NCBI GenBank assembly: GCA_020137815.1
Contig: CM035354.1
Span: 2,046,001-2,110,000, forward strand
Length of the DNA stretch: 64,000 nucleotides
DNA from: Hormiphora californensis
Taxonomy: Eukaryota > Animalia > Ctenophora
Direction: 5' to 3'
The notes under the pieces are model-generated. The model saw nothing but the letters and a program-made list of their open reading frames with translations. It was not told the DNA's origin and ran no database searches. This document shows, piece after piece, positions 10,801 to 23,720 of this stretch. A program made the translations under genes and the position numbers. Numbering within the stretch: position 1 is the first letter of the stretch; the number at the start of each line of letters is the position of its first letter.

Positions 10801-13589
10801 ATTATAGCGCGACGTGCCCACCTCTCTCCTTGGCGCCACGTACAGGGTATAGCGCGACGTGCCCAACCCCTCTCTCCTTGGCGCCACGTACAGGGTATAG
10901 CGCGACGTGCCACCCCCTCTCTCCTTGGCGCCACGTACAGGGTATAGCGCCACGTGCAGGGTATAGCGCGACCCAACCTCTCTCCTAACCTGGAAGTGTG
11001 CACAACACTGATCCCACATGAACACTACTCGGTTCTGGTATTCGTATGTAGTCCGGTCCCACCAGTACCCCAGGCAGATCCCCCGCCGGTTCACCGTTTA
11101 TCAGGAACAAATACACTGCCGTATTGGCCATGGAACACCGCATCTCTATCGGCCCTGAGCCAACTGCAGCTGTTGGTGGGTCGATAGAACCCGTTAATGT
11201 CGCATCTGTCACCTAGACAACGGAAAGTTTGATTTATCTACTGCAAGCAGGTGGTCCGATTTTCTCGCTTGATCCTTACCAGGAACCGACCGAAACAAGT
11301 AAACAACCAATCAGAACTCGTTATTTAGGTCACGTGACTGGTTATCAGCCAATCAGGGACCAGTATTTCCTGATTCGGTCGGTTCCTGATCCTTACCTGG
11401 GTGTATCGAGTTGTCACGGTTTGATTGTTTTCGTCTTGTACCAAACACTGGTAAAATCCCATCCCAAATATTTGAAGTGTCATGTCTTCGTTCAATGACA
11501 AAACCTCGTTCTTTCCTAGAGATGAAAGAGAGATAGAGAGATATATTTTTTCCTGGAAAGAGAAAGGGCTTGCTGCTTTTGTATGATGGTTATATACCTT
11601 TGGTGGACCGGAGAGACAAGTTGTCTCGGGGGTAACCATAGTAACTACAGTTAAGGAACAGCTCCCTGGCGTCCGTAGAGAATAATGTTACGTTGTCATG
11701 GTAGAAAGTGGGCTCACTTGTTAGCAGGGTTATCTCACTCACAACCGGGGAACGAGGGTGATAGACACTCTTTATCACACACTCGTATTCCCCTAGAGAC
11801 TCTTGCCTCCCTCTTACCTGTGTGGATGTTTTTAGTAGTTAACTTTTCTTAGAAAGATTCCTCAGTGATTATATATCGCATTCTCGTTTGTCTTGTTGAT
11901 AATCAGTATTTATACTAATCAGTGATTCATGTACCTCTATAGAAACTTGCTCCCTCCCCATCTGAAGGACTTCCTGTCCCTTTATTAGTTTGATTAAAGG
12001 AATGTTGTGCTTGTGCTGAACATGTAACGTTTATTCTTCCACCCAGTGTCAGCTCAGTCGGTTGTGTCAAGTTTACTTGTAGATCACCTGACGCCGGGAA
12101 AGTATGGCTTTTAAACAGGATTTGGGACACGTGCTAAAAAGATCATCCGGGTGAATGTCGGCAGACACTTTAAGAACTATTAATAGTATCATAAGCCCCC
12201 CATTATTATTGAAGCTTGTATCACCCCCCCCCCCGACATTACCTGGTGGGTGTTCACAGAGTGCTCTTCTGTAGAAAGCTGGGTTATCCCAGTTAACCCT
12301 CTGCCCCACATCTCCTTGAGAGGATAACACGAGACGAGTCACATTGGACACACTCCAGGAGTTGGGAAACTCGATCACCTCTCCATCCCAACATTGGTAG
12401 CTTGTAGGTCCTAGATCAGAAAGGTCAGTTGACTGAGTTCAGCCTCTTGAAATTATAGTTCTAATGATTATTTCCAACTCTCCCTGATTTTATGGGAATA
12501 CTAAATGGCTAATATAATTGAGCTCATAACCAGGAACCGACCGAATCAGGAAATACTGTTCCCTGATTAATTAGCTGATAACCAGTCGCGTGACCTAAAT
12601 AATGAGTTCTGATTGGTTGTTTACTTGTTTCGGTCGGTTCCTGCTCATAACTTACTTGTAACGTGTCTAATCCCCAGCCAAGCCTCACCAACTCCCTCCC
12701 TGTTCAGTACACCCACTGCTCTTCTCAAATCCCCCTCACTCCGTGGACAGAGCAGTTTACACTCAACCCCACTGGGGAGGCCCTTAGATTGACTTAAGTA
12801 GACCTCTCCAGCCAAGAAACGAGGTGGAGAGTTTTTAGTAAAGGGTACAGTACAAAGGAAGGAGTGATTCCCGGCTGTATTTTGGTGGGATACGGTTGCC
12901 AGGTTACGCTCCGTTAAAATGCGGGGTTCTGGTGAGTTGCAGGGGGAACCACTACCCCAACCCTGGATCTCAACACCCTGTACAAATACTGTCTCCTCAT
13001 GGGTCGCCTGCAGTAGGGCTATCGCTTCCTAGAAGTAGATTGTATTTACATGGGTTTAGAGTAGTTGGTTAGTGAAATCGAACTTCAAAGGCTTGGTAGG
13101 GGGTCCACAACTGTTTGGCGCCGCGACCCCATCTGAGCGCACTGTCGCACGGTCAGATTTGAGAATCAGATTGGGGTCTGGCGCCGCCAGACAGGTCCAC
13201 AAATATTTTGTATAATTCAACTCATCAGACGAATATCTGTCAGTGGTCAGGCATGTCGGGAAGTGTGTCTTACCTGAAGCTGGGATATTGTTGTAATACA
13301 CGGTATAGTTCCACCCAAGAACTCAGTACAATACTGAAGGGCACCTTCCCACGATAGAGGCTTGTTGACTATCAATATCTCGGTAGTGGGTGGTCCACCT
13401 ACATTGAATAATGATTGTTTAATAATTAATAATTAATGCTCTATCCAAGTCACAATTGCTGTATGATCAAAGTGAATTGACAAAATCAAGTAACCTACCT
13501 TTCACGGGGAAGCTGAGATACCCGATAAGCAAGAGTAGTTTCGTAAAATATGAAACTGTCAAACTAGGGAATTCTGCTTTGATTCGCAT
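4851..13589 (-). CDS. Multi-exon type-I membrane protein: signal peptide, two C-type-lectin-like domains, several Ig domains, FN3 repeats, TM helix, short tail
   Basis: Exon 1 MRIKAEF..LLLLIGYLSF. CTL motifs LSWEGALQYC..GG, AWLGI and WDG..F.NSW. Ig motifs GFYQCLV, VVCEAGNSLG and CNAEGWAPISYEW. FN3 motifs APSNLQL..LQW..PYSEYLVEV. TM YFLVMMGIVIYLMLVWGLLYL-RKR, stop at 4851. Exons at 5.7-6.7 kb are not fully resolved. Confidence 0.75.
5366..5713. repeat. ~82-bp tandem repeat spanning a 3' splice site
   Basis: Three extra copies of cag|atgacagaaggaag (minus strand) on the intron side of the acceptor at 5388-5389. Confidence 0.85.
5875..5983. mobile_element. MITE family A copy
   Basis: 109 bp with TIRs; degenerate TSD tctcctac/tttcctag; about 20 nt from a donor. 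Confidence 0.9.
7745..7866. mobile_element. MITE family A copy, degenerate, filling most of a 145-nt intron
   Basis: Core matches family A; predicted intron 7884-7740. Confidence 0.8.
8177..8419. mobile_element. TIR element (accttactctcgtt...aacgagagtaaggt) with long flanking direct repeat
   Basis: 14-bp TIR, subterminal aagaaac repeats, and attttgtattttatt on both sides. Confidence 0.75.
8659..8739. mobile_element. MITE family C (ctgtcagagcattggcctga...) at a donor site
   Basis: Perfect 8-bp TSD atcatacc, which is G|GTATGAT on the minus strand. Confidence 0.85.
9509..10518. mobile_element. ~1-kb foldback-type non-autonomous DNA element (intronic)
   Basis: taggccagtcgctttttg...caaaaagcgactggccta with ~480-bp inverted arms and mirrored ORFs 9634-9849 and 10189-10371; TSD ambiguous (TA or ACG). 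Confidence 0.9.
10620..10985. repeat. ~42-bp GC-rich intronic minisatellite next to a donor
   Basis: About 8 copies of ctctctccttggcgccacgtacagggtatagcgcgacgtgcc; the flanking exons join in frame (LPG|KSDEIG). Confidence 0.9.
11280..11388. mobile_element. MITE family A copy at a donor site
   Basis: Perfect 8-bp TSD atccttac, which is GTAAGGAT on the minus strand. Confidence 0.95.
12531..12643. mobile_element. MITE family A copy
   Basis: Perfect TSD ctcataac; 12 nt inside the intron from the donor. Confidence 0.95.
13111..13194. mobile_element. MITE family B copy
   Basis: Perfect TSD gtccacaa. Confidence 0.85.
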
Positions 13590-13714
13590 GTTAGAGATAG
13601 AGAGATATAAGAGCAACTCAGTCAAGAGTTAGTTGGCAGATTTTGGTGGGATAATTATGAGAGTGGGAAACTGGAGTGAAATGACAGCATTGATGATCGC
13701 CTGACGCCTGCATT

Positions 13715-13993
<279 letters not shown>

Positions 13994-14108
13994 TTCCCTA
14001 TTCAGTCATGCTATAATCCCATTGACAAGATTCTATCTTTGCTTGCTAGACAAAAGAGACATGATATGATGTTATTTCGACGCACTGTAATTAGCTAACC
14101 GTACTTAA

Positions 14109-15413
14109 GGGTACACCTGGCGTTTTTCATCATCGAGTGCCCAACCAAATGACTTCACCGGGGTTTAGGTCATACAAAATGGACCTCAAATATGCAATTT
14201 TAGCCCTAAAGTCGAATTCATATTTTTGCTACAGCCTATTTTCAAAGTGGCGTTTTTTCAATTTTTGTTGGGATTTTTAACCTCAGGACCACTTTTTTTG
14301 AGATAGAAACATTAAATTCTTGGAATTTAAAGAGAATATAAAGGTGAATAAGCCCAAAGAAGGATTTTTGAAATGGAGCTTATTTCTGGCCATGAGAGCG
14401 GTTTACTTTTTTGCTTCTTTGACACGCTGGCTGAGAATGTTCCCATGCTTCATTAGAGATGAAAATCTGGAAATAGTTGCTCAAAACGATCATCTATGTG
14501 GCCCAAAAATTTTGGAACTTTCCCGCCAAAGATACGGTGTACAGAGCTTGTTTTGTGAAACCCGTCTTTTTGAAAAAGAGGGAAATTCCCTGTATCTCAA
14601 AAACGGATGATCGTAGAGACCTGCGACCACGCTTAATCGATTCAGAAGGTCCGATTTTGGGGGGGGGTCTTCTGAGAGACATTTTGCTCCTACTCCAACC
14701 GTTTTTGCTGTAATTGCAAAAAACCAATTCTATGAAAAGGGGGAACAACTCTATTCCAGTAGCCTGCTTCGGGCTGATTTCCCCCTTACTTGCTGATACC
14801 TTTTTCACAATTACAGCAAAAACGGTTGGAGTAGGAGCAAAATGTCTCTCAGAAGACCCCCCCAAAATCGGACCTTCTGAATCGATTAAGCTTGGTCGCA
14901 GGTCTCTACGATCATCCGTTTTTGAGATACAGGGAATTTCCCTCTTTTTCAAAAAGACGGGTTTCACAAAACAAGCTCTGCACACCGCATCTTTGGTGGG
15001 AAAGTTCCAAAATTTTTGGACCACATAGATGATCGTTTTGAGCAACTATTTCCAGATTTTCATCTCTAATGAAGCATGGGAACATTCTCAGCCAGCGTGT
15101 CAAAGAAGCAAAAAAGTAAACCGTTCTCATGGCCAAAAATAAGCTCCATTTCAAAAATCCTTCTTTGGGCTTATTCACCTTTATATTCTCTTCAAATTCC
15201 AAGAATTTAATGTTTCTATCTCAAAAAAAGTGGTCCTGAAGTTAAAAATTCCAACAAAAATTGAAAAAACGCCACTTTGAAAATAGGCTGTAGCAAAAAT
15301 ATGAATTCGACTTTAGGGCTAAAATTGCATATTTGAGGTCCATTTTGTATGACCTAAACCCTGGTGAAGTCATTTGGTTGGGCACTCGATGATGAAAAAC
15401 ACCAGGTGTACCC
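14109..15413. mobile_element. 1.3-kb palindromic non-autonomous element, TTAA TSD, GG...CC ends (Kolobok-like)
   Basis: ttaa|gggtacacctgg...ccaggtgtaccc|ttaa with ~610-bp arms. RR..YY termini plus a TTAA TSD fit Kolobok rather than piggyBac. Confidence 0.85.
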
Positions 15414-15417
15414 TTAA

Positions 15418-15867
15418 AGGTTGACAAGATACCTAAAACTTTTCGTATATCGTCTTATTTTGATTTATCATTAATTTTCAGCATTTTTTCAGAATTTTTT
15501 GTCGGCTAGAAATATGTGCAAAATAGGGGGTCTACTGATAAACGAGAGGCGCAATTTAAAAATTGATACCGTAATATCTCCGGTTCCTGATGAGATACAG
15601 AAACCGTTTTGGTAGCGTTGGAAAGGTCTTATTGAGGCCAATCCAACGCAACCAAGATCAAGTAGCTATCTTTTGAGGAACCGGAAACGTGAATTTCAAT
15701 TTGCGAGACGCAGTGAGTGTGCCCAGTAAAACCAGTGCTGACAATATCGGTAGACCCCCTATTTCGAATTTTTTTCTAGCCGACAAAAAATTCTGAAAAA
15801 ATGCTGAAAATTAATGATAAATCAAAATAAGACGATATACGAAAAGTTTTAGGTATCTTGTCAACCT
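15418..15867. mobile_element. 450-bp TIR element, TTAA TSD, AG...CT ends (Kolobok-like)
   Basis: ttaa|aggttgacaagatacc...ggtatcttgtcaacct|ttaa with >90-bp TIRs; shares the TTAA at 15414-15417 with the previous element. Confidence 0.85.
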
Positions 15868-16138
15868 TTAAAAATATGCACTTCTTCAGTCGCTTTGAGT
15901 TTTCTGAGTGCACTGAGAATCAAAACGACAAAACGGGAGACCAATTTCAGTTGTTGAGTAAGGGGTGGTATTCAACAAAATTTCGGGGGGTGAGGGGTGG
16001 GGGGATTGCATGACCAAGGAATATCCGGGGCGATCAGATTCAGAATTTCACGGGAAATATGTACTGTCTCTCACTCACCAATTGTGTCCAATTGAAGTAC
16101 TAACTCAATCCAAATATCCCAGAAATACAACGCTAGTA

Positions 16139-17341
16139 CAGGGTGTCCCACTGTCTTTGCGTGACCTGCGATTTTGGGTCATGACCGGGCTCCATTAAAC
16201 TAACCAAAACTCATCGAAAAATTGGTCAAAATGGTTCTAACAAAAACCAGTTTTCTAGAGAATTGTCTGGCGAACATTTTGGTTGCAAGATTGACTTTCC
16301 AAGTCTTACCAATCGTCAGATATATCGTCGTAAAGTCAAAATTACGTGTTCATGAAATCCGACCGGGGTTCACGTTTTGAAAAATTCACAAATGCAAAGT
16401 TGCTCGGATCACATTGCATCCCTCATAAGAGTTGTAGGAAATTGTCTGGCGGTCATTTTGGTACCCGGGTTTTTATCCTAGCTCAATGTTTAGAGTGTCT
16501 TATGACTGTCAGAACTGGAATTTTCCCAAAAGTGGTCTTAGGTATCGCATTGCATTTTGCCCTGTTATGAAGCTCATAGCTGCTTGAATAACATCTTAGT
16601 GCATGATAGGGTTGAGATAGACCACTTGCGTATCCTACACATTAACAGGGGCCTTGCCAAATCGTCATAACAACCCTGTCAAGTGTCTAGATGAAATTGA
16701 GACGATATGTGCTGATTATCATGGGATTACACACGACACCGAGCCACCTAATTAGGGGTTGTGAGCCGATACCAACTAAGACTCAGCATAGAAAAATCTT
16801 CATGTTCCTACAGTCATAAAGCAACTTAAACGTAGAGCTATGGAAAAAACCATGGTATCAAAATGAACCTTAGACGATTCCAATGAAGCTCTTGTAAATT
16901 TCAAATCATTTTACCCATTTGTTGATGACACGTGATCCCCTCAAAAATGCTGGTTGAATTTCGTCTTTAGACAGTCATAAGACACTCTAAACATTGAGCT
17001 AGGACAAAAACCCGGGTACCAAAATGACCGCCAGACAATTTCCCACAACTCTTATGAGGGATGCAATGTGATCCGAGCAACTTTGCATTTGTGAATTTTT
17101 GAAAACGTGAACCCCGGTCGGATTTCATGAACACGTAATTTTGACTTTACGACGATATATCTGACGATTGGTAAGACTTGGAACGTCAATCTTGCAACCA
17201 AAATGTTCGCCAGACAATTCTCTTGAACACTGGTTTTTGTTAGAACCATTTTGACCAATTTTTCGATGAGTTTTGATTAATTTGATAGAACCCGGTCATG
17301 ACCAGTAATCGCAGGTCACGCAAAGACAGTGGGACACCCTG
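16139..17341. mobile_element. 1.2-kb Tc1/mariner-like non-autonomous element with long TIRs
   Basis: ta|cagggtgtcccactgtc...gacagtgggacaccctg|ta with ~370-bp arms. Confidence 0.85.
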
Positions 17342-17494
17342 TAGTAGTAGTTCCTATTCCAATTGGCTTCATTCACCGTTATGCCAAGGCATCCACATAA
17401 AAAACAAGTACATAGTTTCATTTTGAGAAAAATGGTTTAAGTTTTAACATGCTAATTTTAAAGACTTCAATACTATCAATACTTCAGTCCCCAA

Positions 17495-17543
17495 CTGTCA
17501 GAGCATTGGCGCGAGAACTGTGGTCAGAGCATTGGCCTGACAG
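17495..17543. mobile_element. MITE family C short copy
   Basis: Perfect TSD gtccccaa. Confidence 0.8.
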
Positions 17544-17650
17544 GTCCCCAAACATTCAGTAGCTCTGATTTGAGGTGTTGTCAGACGTCAGTGAGATCGA
17601 ATCCGTCAACCGTAGCTGAATGCTCTGAGTCCTGAGAAGATCCAATTCGT

Positions 17651-18680
17651 CTACTGGAGCTCGGGAACGTTGTCTTCAAACTGTCCCATTATATTCCCTG
17701 CAGGGTAGTACTGGCAGCAAGTGTAGATCCAGCCGCTAGCATTCTCAGAGGCATCAGTGACTGAACATCCCAACTTCTGAGTACCCTTCCATACCAGCTG
17801 AGAAAGAGGTCTCGTTAGTTCACAAATAGTGTTCTCTGAGCTGTTTGGATCTACGAGATGTACCGGATAGAATTAGAATAAAATGAAACAGGAAAAGAGC
17901 CAAAATATCATGGATGTGTTCCGGTTGGCTCCATTGCAACCTATTGCAACCTTATTCTATATGTGAGATCGATCTCGGTCGCTGCGCATCAATGTGGCCA
18001 AGTGTTCCGGGTGCTGCCCTAAAAACATCCTACAAAAAGGGTGGGGTATGTTACCGCATCTCTGTATACCTGTGTGAAGTGTCCAACACTAGAGCTGTAT
18101 CCCGGGTAGTTCCAGTTGTAGTTATCTATCTCATTATACCAATCATCAACTGACTGATTTGGCACGTCACTGGCGGGAGTTCCCCATGACATCGCCAGAT
18201 TCTCACCATACCTTGCAGAGGTGAGGGGGTGTGAATTAGTATCATTCTAGTAAATATGTTACAAAGTATTTTGTGGCATACTACAAGTATCTAATTTCGA
18301 ATCTCCAAATACCCGGAGGAGCTGTGATAGAAGGCGTTCTCCCTCGCGAGTTTTGAGCAGTGAGCAGCAGCGGACGCTTGGATGGTAGTATCAATAGTTA
18401 AGGCAGGTGAGCCGTGTAGAGCCCGGTATTCGTTGGTCCTCTCCAGTATATCCTCTTCTGTGTCGCCCCTTTTGATAAGTTTTCCAATCCAACTCATAGT
18501 ACTAGATTTACTATAATCGGATAGGCCTCTTTTGACAAGTCCCGCCGAAATACACCTATTAGAGGAGTCGGTAGTTAATGATAAAATTTCAGGTCGCTTT
18601 CAGTATAATTATGATGGTTATGTTTTAATTGTAACTTACCCAACCAATACTACTACAACGATGAGAGTTGCTCGGAACAT
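17651..18680 (-). CDS. Secreted CAP/SCP (GAPR-1/PR-1-like) protein, 4 exons
   Basis: MFRATLIVVVVLVG|CISA..NEYRALHGSPAL..YHS..|GENLAM..WYNEI..GHFTQ|LVWK..LGC..CQYYPAGN..NVPELQ*; CAP motifs present and splice phases consistent. Confidence 0.92.
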
Positions 18681-19479
18681 TTCAAAGTAATCGGAGTAAC
18701 ACAGTCAAACAACCAATGAATTAATTCTCATGTTTTGATTTCTAGTTTTTATAGTTAACCGGAGCAGGAACTTGTTTAGACAACTTTCATTGTTTATAGA
18801 TGCTTCCTTTGAGGTCCATGTGGTAGTAGCCCGTCTATGCATTGCCAGTAGATCTACACAACCCACTAGAGTCTATAATGGTATCTGGATCAGAATAAGG
18901 TGGTCTATAATTGGCACTGTCTCTAGTGGGTTGTGTAGGTCTCTTGGGCAATGTCGTGTTGGTGAAATATAAAGGCTCACATACTATAACAAAAAAAAAA
19001 GGGGGGGTTTTTAAACTGTAAATTGAGCCCCGGAATGCAGAAAAAAGAAAAGGCCGTCAGCGCGTGAGCGGTTAGAAATGTTTTTTTAAAACTTTGGTTT
19101 AAAAAATCACCCTTTTCTACAAATTTAAACATATTCATCTTTGGGGAAATTCCAGTTATTTGACCATTTTTATTATTCTGGCAAAATTGGGGTAGGGCCC
19201 AGGGATTGCTTCAGCACTTGAGGGGCTTTTATCCCTTTCTCATTGTTTAAAGTTCATTTAAAAATCTTTTACCACGGGAAACATTTGGGTTTTTTTAAGT
19301 CGATTCTATAGAAATTGGACAATTAAAAAAAATTTTTACGGTCCCCACCCCCCCCGCCCAAAATTTGTCAATTGGAAACAAGAAGCAATTTGGTGGTCTA
19401 CCCCTAATCTCCCTTCAAAAAAAAAACCCCATTTTGGGAACGTTTGCACACCAATCAAGGGGCCCTTCGGGCCCCATTT

Positions 19480-22400
19480 GGGGGACATTGGGTCCCCCAT
19501 TTGGGGGATATTTGGACCAATCGGGGCACATTCCCCGGGCCATTGGGTCACATTCAGGTCACATTGGGACCATTCAGGACACAAGGGGGGAATTCAGGGG
19601 CCCCCCAATTGGGACACTTAGGACAGATTTAGGAATTTGGGTCAAATCAGGGGGCCATTTGGCACATTCGGAACTTCGGACACTTCGGACACTTGGACCC
19701 CCAAATTTAGGACACATTTAGGCAATTCAGGACACTTTAGGGCCACAGGCACATTTAGGGGCACTTCGGGAAATTTAGGAAAAACATTTGGGAACATTGG
19801 ACACATTCGGGCACTTGGGACACATTTAGGGCACTTTAGGGCCATCAGGGGAATTTAGGGCACTTCAGGACACATTCAGGACACATTCAGGGGCCTTCGG
19901 GGCACATTTAGGAAATTTGGTCACACGGGACATATTCGGAACCCCTTTAGGACAATTGGGTACACGGGGCATTCGGGGAAAAATTGGGGGCCTTGGGGCA
20001 CATTAGGACACATCAGGACACATTCAGGCACTTGGGGCATATTCAGGACACATTCAGGTCACATTCGGGACACATTCAGGACACATTCAGGTCACATTCG
20101 GGACACATTCGGGTCACATTCGGGACACATTCAGGACACATTTTAGGGCACATTTAGGACACCCGGGGACACTTCAGGAAAAACAGGGCAATTCGGGGCC
20201 ATTCAGGGCACATTCAGGGCAATCAGGCAAAGGAAACATTCGGGTCACTTTGGGGACATCAGGACACTGGGGGCAATAGGGCCATTTGGACAATTAGGGC
20301 ACTTGGGTCACATTAGGGGACATTCAGGACCCCAAATTGGGTCACTTTAGGACACATTCAGGGCACATTTAGGACACATTAGGTCACTTCGGGTACTTCA
20401 GGGCCATTAACACTTTGGGAATTCAGGACAATTTGGGACACATTGGGACTATTCAGGCAATTCAGGACCTTGGGCATATTGGCACATTGGGAACCCTTGG
20501 GTCACATTTGGCCCCTTAGAACCATTCAGGACCCATTCGGGACCATTTGGGCACATTCGGGGGTATTCGGACACTTCAGGACCATTCAGGACACATTTAG
20601 GACCATCGATTTAGGACACATTCGAAACCTTCAGGGCACATTAGGACAATTCGGGTCACTTAGGGCACATTCCGGTCCATTCAGGGGGAATTCAGGCCAA
20701 TTCGGGTCACATTGGCACTTCGGCACATTCAGGAACTTCAGGGCACATTTAGGCCCATCAGGAGTCAGGACCCTTTAGGACCTTTTAGGGAAAATTCGGC
20801 CATTTAGGACCAATCAGGACCATTCAGGGAAAATTGGCAATTCGGGCACATCAGGACATATTCGGGACACTTCGGGCCATTCAGGACCAAATTGGAATTT
20901 CGGAACCCTTTGGGTCACATTTTGGGGCATATTCAGGACACATTCAGGACACATTCGGGACACATTCGGGTCACATTCAGGACACATTCGGGACATATTC
21001 AGGACACATTCGGGCACATTTTGGGGCATATCAGGACACATTCAGGAACATTTGGGACATATTCGGGCACTCGGGAAATTTGGGGCAATTCGGCAATTCA
21101 GGACCATCAGGACACTTTGGGGCAATTCGGGTCACATTCGGGGATATTAGGAAATTTGGCACATTTGGGCCCTTGGAAAAATTCAATTAGGAACCCTTCA
21201 GGACACATTCAGGGCACATTAGGACACTTCGGGTCACATGGACACTTCCCGGTCCATTTTAGGGCACATTCAGGGACATTCAGGACACATTTGGGTCACA
21301 TCAGGGCAAAATTTAGGGCCATTAGGACAGATTTGGACACATTGGGGGACATTAGGAACAAATTGGGACACATCGGGCAGATTCAGGAACATTCGGGACA
21401 AATTTTAGGGAAAATTTTTAATTTAGGCAGGGGGGACAATGGGACACATTGGGACACCTTCGGGACCTTCGGGAATTTAGGACACATTTTAGGGCACATT
21501 AGGACACATTCGGGTCACATTTAGGAACCCTGGGTCACATTCGGACCATTTTGGACAATTCAGGACACATTTGGGTCACATTTTTAACCAATTTAGGCAC
21601 ATTCAGGGAAAATTAGGACACTTCGGGTACTTAGGGAACTTAGGGCACATTCAGGCAGATTTAGGGGCATTGGGTCACATTCGGGCAAATTTGGGACCCG
21701 GGAAATTCAGGGCAAATTCAGGAAAATTTAGGGCACATTCAGGAACATTAGGACACCTTCAGGCACATTTAGGACACATTTAGGGCCATTCGGACACATT
21801 GGGGGACATTCGGACACATTTAGGACAATTTAGGCACATTTAGCAAATTTTGGGTCCTTTTGGACACTTTGGACACTTCAGACAGATTTCAGGAAAACAT
21901 TGGGGGGCCCAAATCAGGAAAAATAATTGGGGGCAATTTTAGGAAATTCAGGAACACTTTGGGCACATTCAGGACACATAATTCGGGGGGGTTCGGGACA
22001 ATTGGGACCAAAACGGGGCAACCGGGGGAAAATTTGGGACTTTCAGGCACTTCAGGACACTTCAGGGCACATTGGGAAAAATTTCAACACATTAGGACAA
22101 TTCAGGACCAATTTAGGGCCATCAGGCACTTGGGCCTTCGGACACATTTGGACACATAGGGCACATTCAGGACACATTTTTGGGGCCTTCAGGCAAATTT
22201 TGGACACATTCAGGACAGATCAGGACACATTCGGGGCCTTAGGACATATTCGGGACACATTGGGAAAATTTAGGACACATTATGACGATTCAGGAATTTT
22301 CGGGAAAATTCAGGCCTTCAGAATGTTCGGACACATTCAGGGGAAATTCAGGGCACATTCAGGAACCCTTCAGGACACATTTCGGCAATTCAGGACACAT

Positions 22401-23720
22401 TCAGGACACATTTAGGACACATTCAGGGGGCACATTCAGAACATTCAGGAAACATTTAGGACACACAGGACATATTTGGGACACATTCAGGGAAATTCAG
22501 GAACTTCAGGACATATTCGGAACATTAGGACCATCAGACACATTAGGACACATCAGGACCATTCAGGGCCCCATTAGGACAATTCGGGTCACATTAGGGC
22601 ACTTTAGGACAATTCAGGGCATCAGGACACATTGGGGGCCCCATTAGGACCAAGAAAATTCGGACAATTTAGGACATTGGGTCACATTTGGACACATAAA
22701 AGGGGGCACATTCGGACAGATTCAGGGGCCATTTGGGGGCAATTTAGGACACCAAAATTTAGGACAGGGTTTTGGGGAAAATTCGGGAACATTCGGGGCA
22801 TTCGGGACACATTCGGGACATATTTAGGGCCACAGGACCATTTAGGACAATTTGGGACATTCAGGGGAAAATTTAGGACACATTTAGGGAAATTCAGGGG
22901 TTGAAAAGGGCACCCTTCAGGCAATTCAGGGAAAATTGGCACATTTGGGTCCATTTTAGGACACATTTTGGACCATTTTAGGACGATTTAGGGGACTTCG
23001 GGGTCACATTTTAGGACACCTAATTGGGGGCACATTGGGGAAATTCGGACACATTGGGACACATCAGGAAACAAATTTAGACAGTTGGGAAAATTCGGGA
23101 CACATTCGGGAACCCTTCGGGACACTCGGGACACATTGGGACATATTCAGGACAATTAGGACACATTCAGGACATATTCGGGAATATTAGGACACCCTCA
23201 GGGCACTTTAGGACACATTCGGAAACATTCAGGAGTCCAATCAGGCACTTCAGGACACATTTAAACATTCGGACTAGGGGCACTTCAGGACCTTTAGGAC
23301 CATTCAGGGACCTAGCGGACCTCAGGACCATTGGGCTATTCAGGACACATTTGGAACATTCCGGGGCTGCAGGAACATTCAGGAATTTCGGGACACATTA
23401 GGACCATTCGGACACATTTAGGAAAAAAACAGGACACATTAAAAATTGGGCCCAAAATTCAGGCACATAGGAACATTGGAAGTTAGGGCCCCTTCGGGGA
23501 AAATTCAGGACACATTCGGGAATATTTTGGAACTTCAAAACACTTCGGCACATGGGACTATTTAGGACCATCAGACCATTCGGGCCATTCAGGAACTTTG
23601 GGGAAAAAAAGGACACATTTTTGACAATTCAGTTTAATCAGGAAATTTAGGACATATTTAGGACCCCAGGGGCACCCTTCATTATATTCAGGACACATTT
23701 GGGACAAATGGGGGCACATC
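19480..23720. repeat. Degenerate 11-12-bp satellite (ggacacattca)n, probably low-accuracy consensus
   Basis: Clean units at ~20045-20140 and 20930-21010, scrambled elsewhere; homopolymer-biased flanks. Confidence 0.85.

Noticed and set aside
10539-11003. RYTLYVAPRREG repeats as Ig-strand coding exons
   Set aside because: The upstream exon joins the ~9460 exon in frame without them; they are an intronic minisatellite.
14320-15202. Mirrored ORFs as transposase genes (also 9634-10371, 16346-17258 and 40777-41707)
   Set aside because: Short, no DDE or DNA-binding motifs; the symmetry simply reflects inverted arms.
20443-22966. G/H/I/F/R-rich ORFs
   Set aside because: Products of the noisy satellite.
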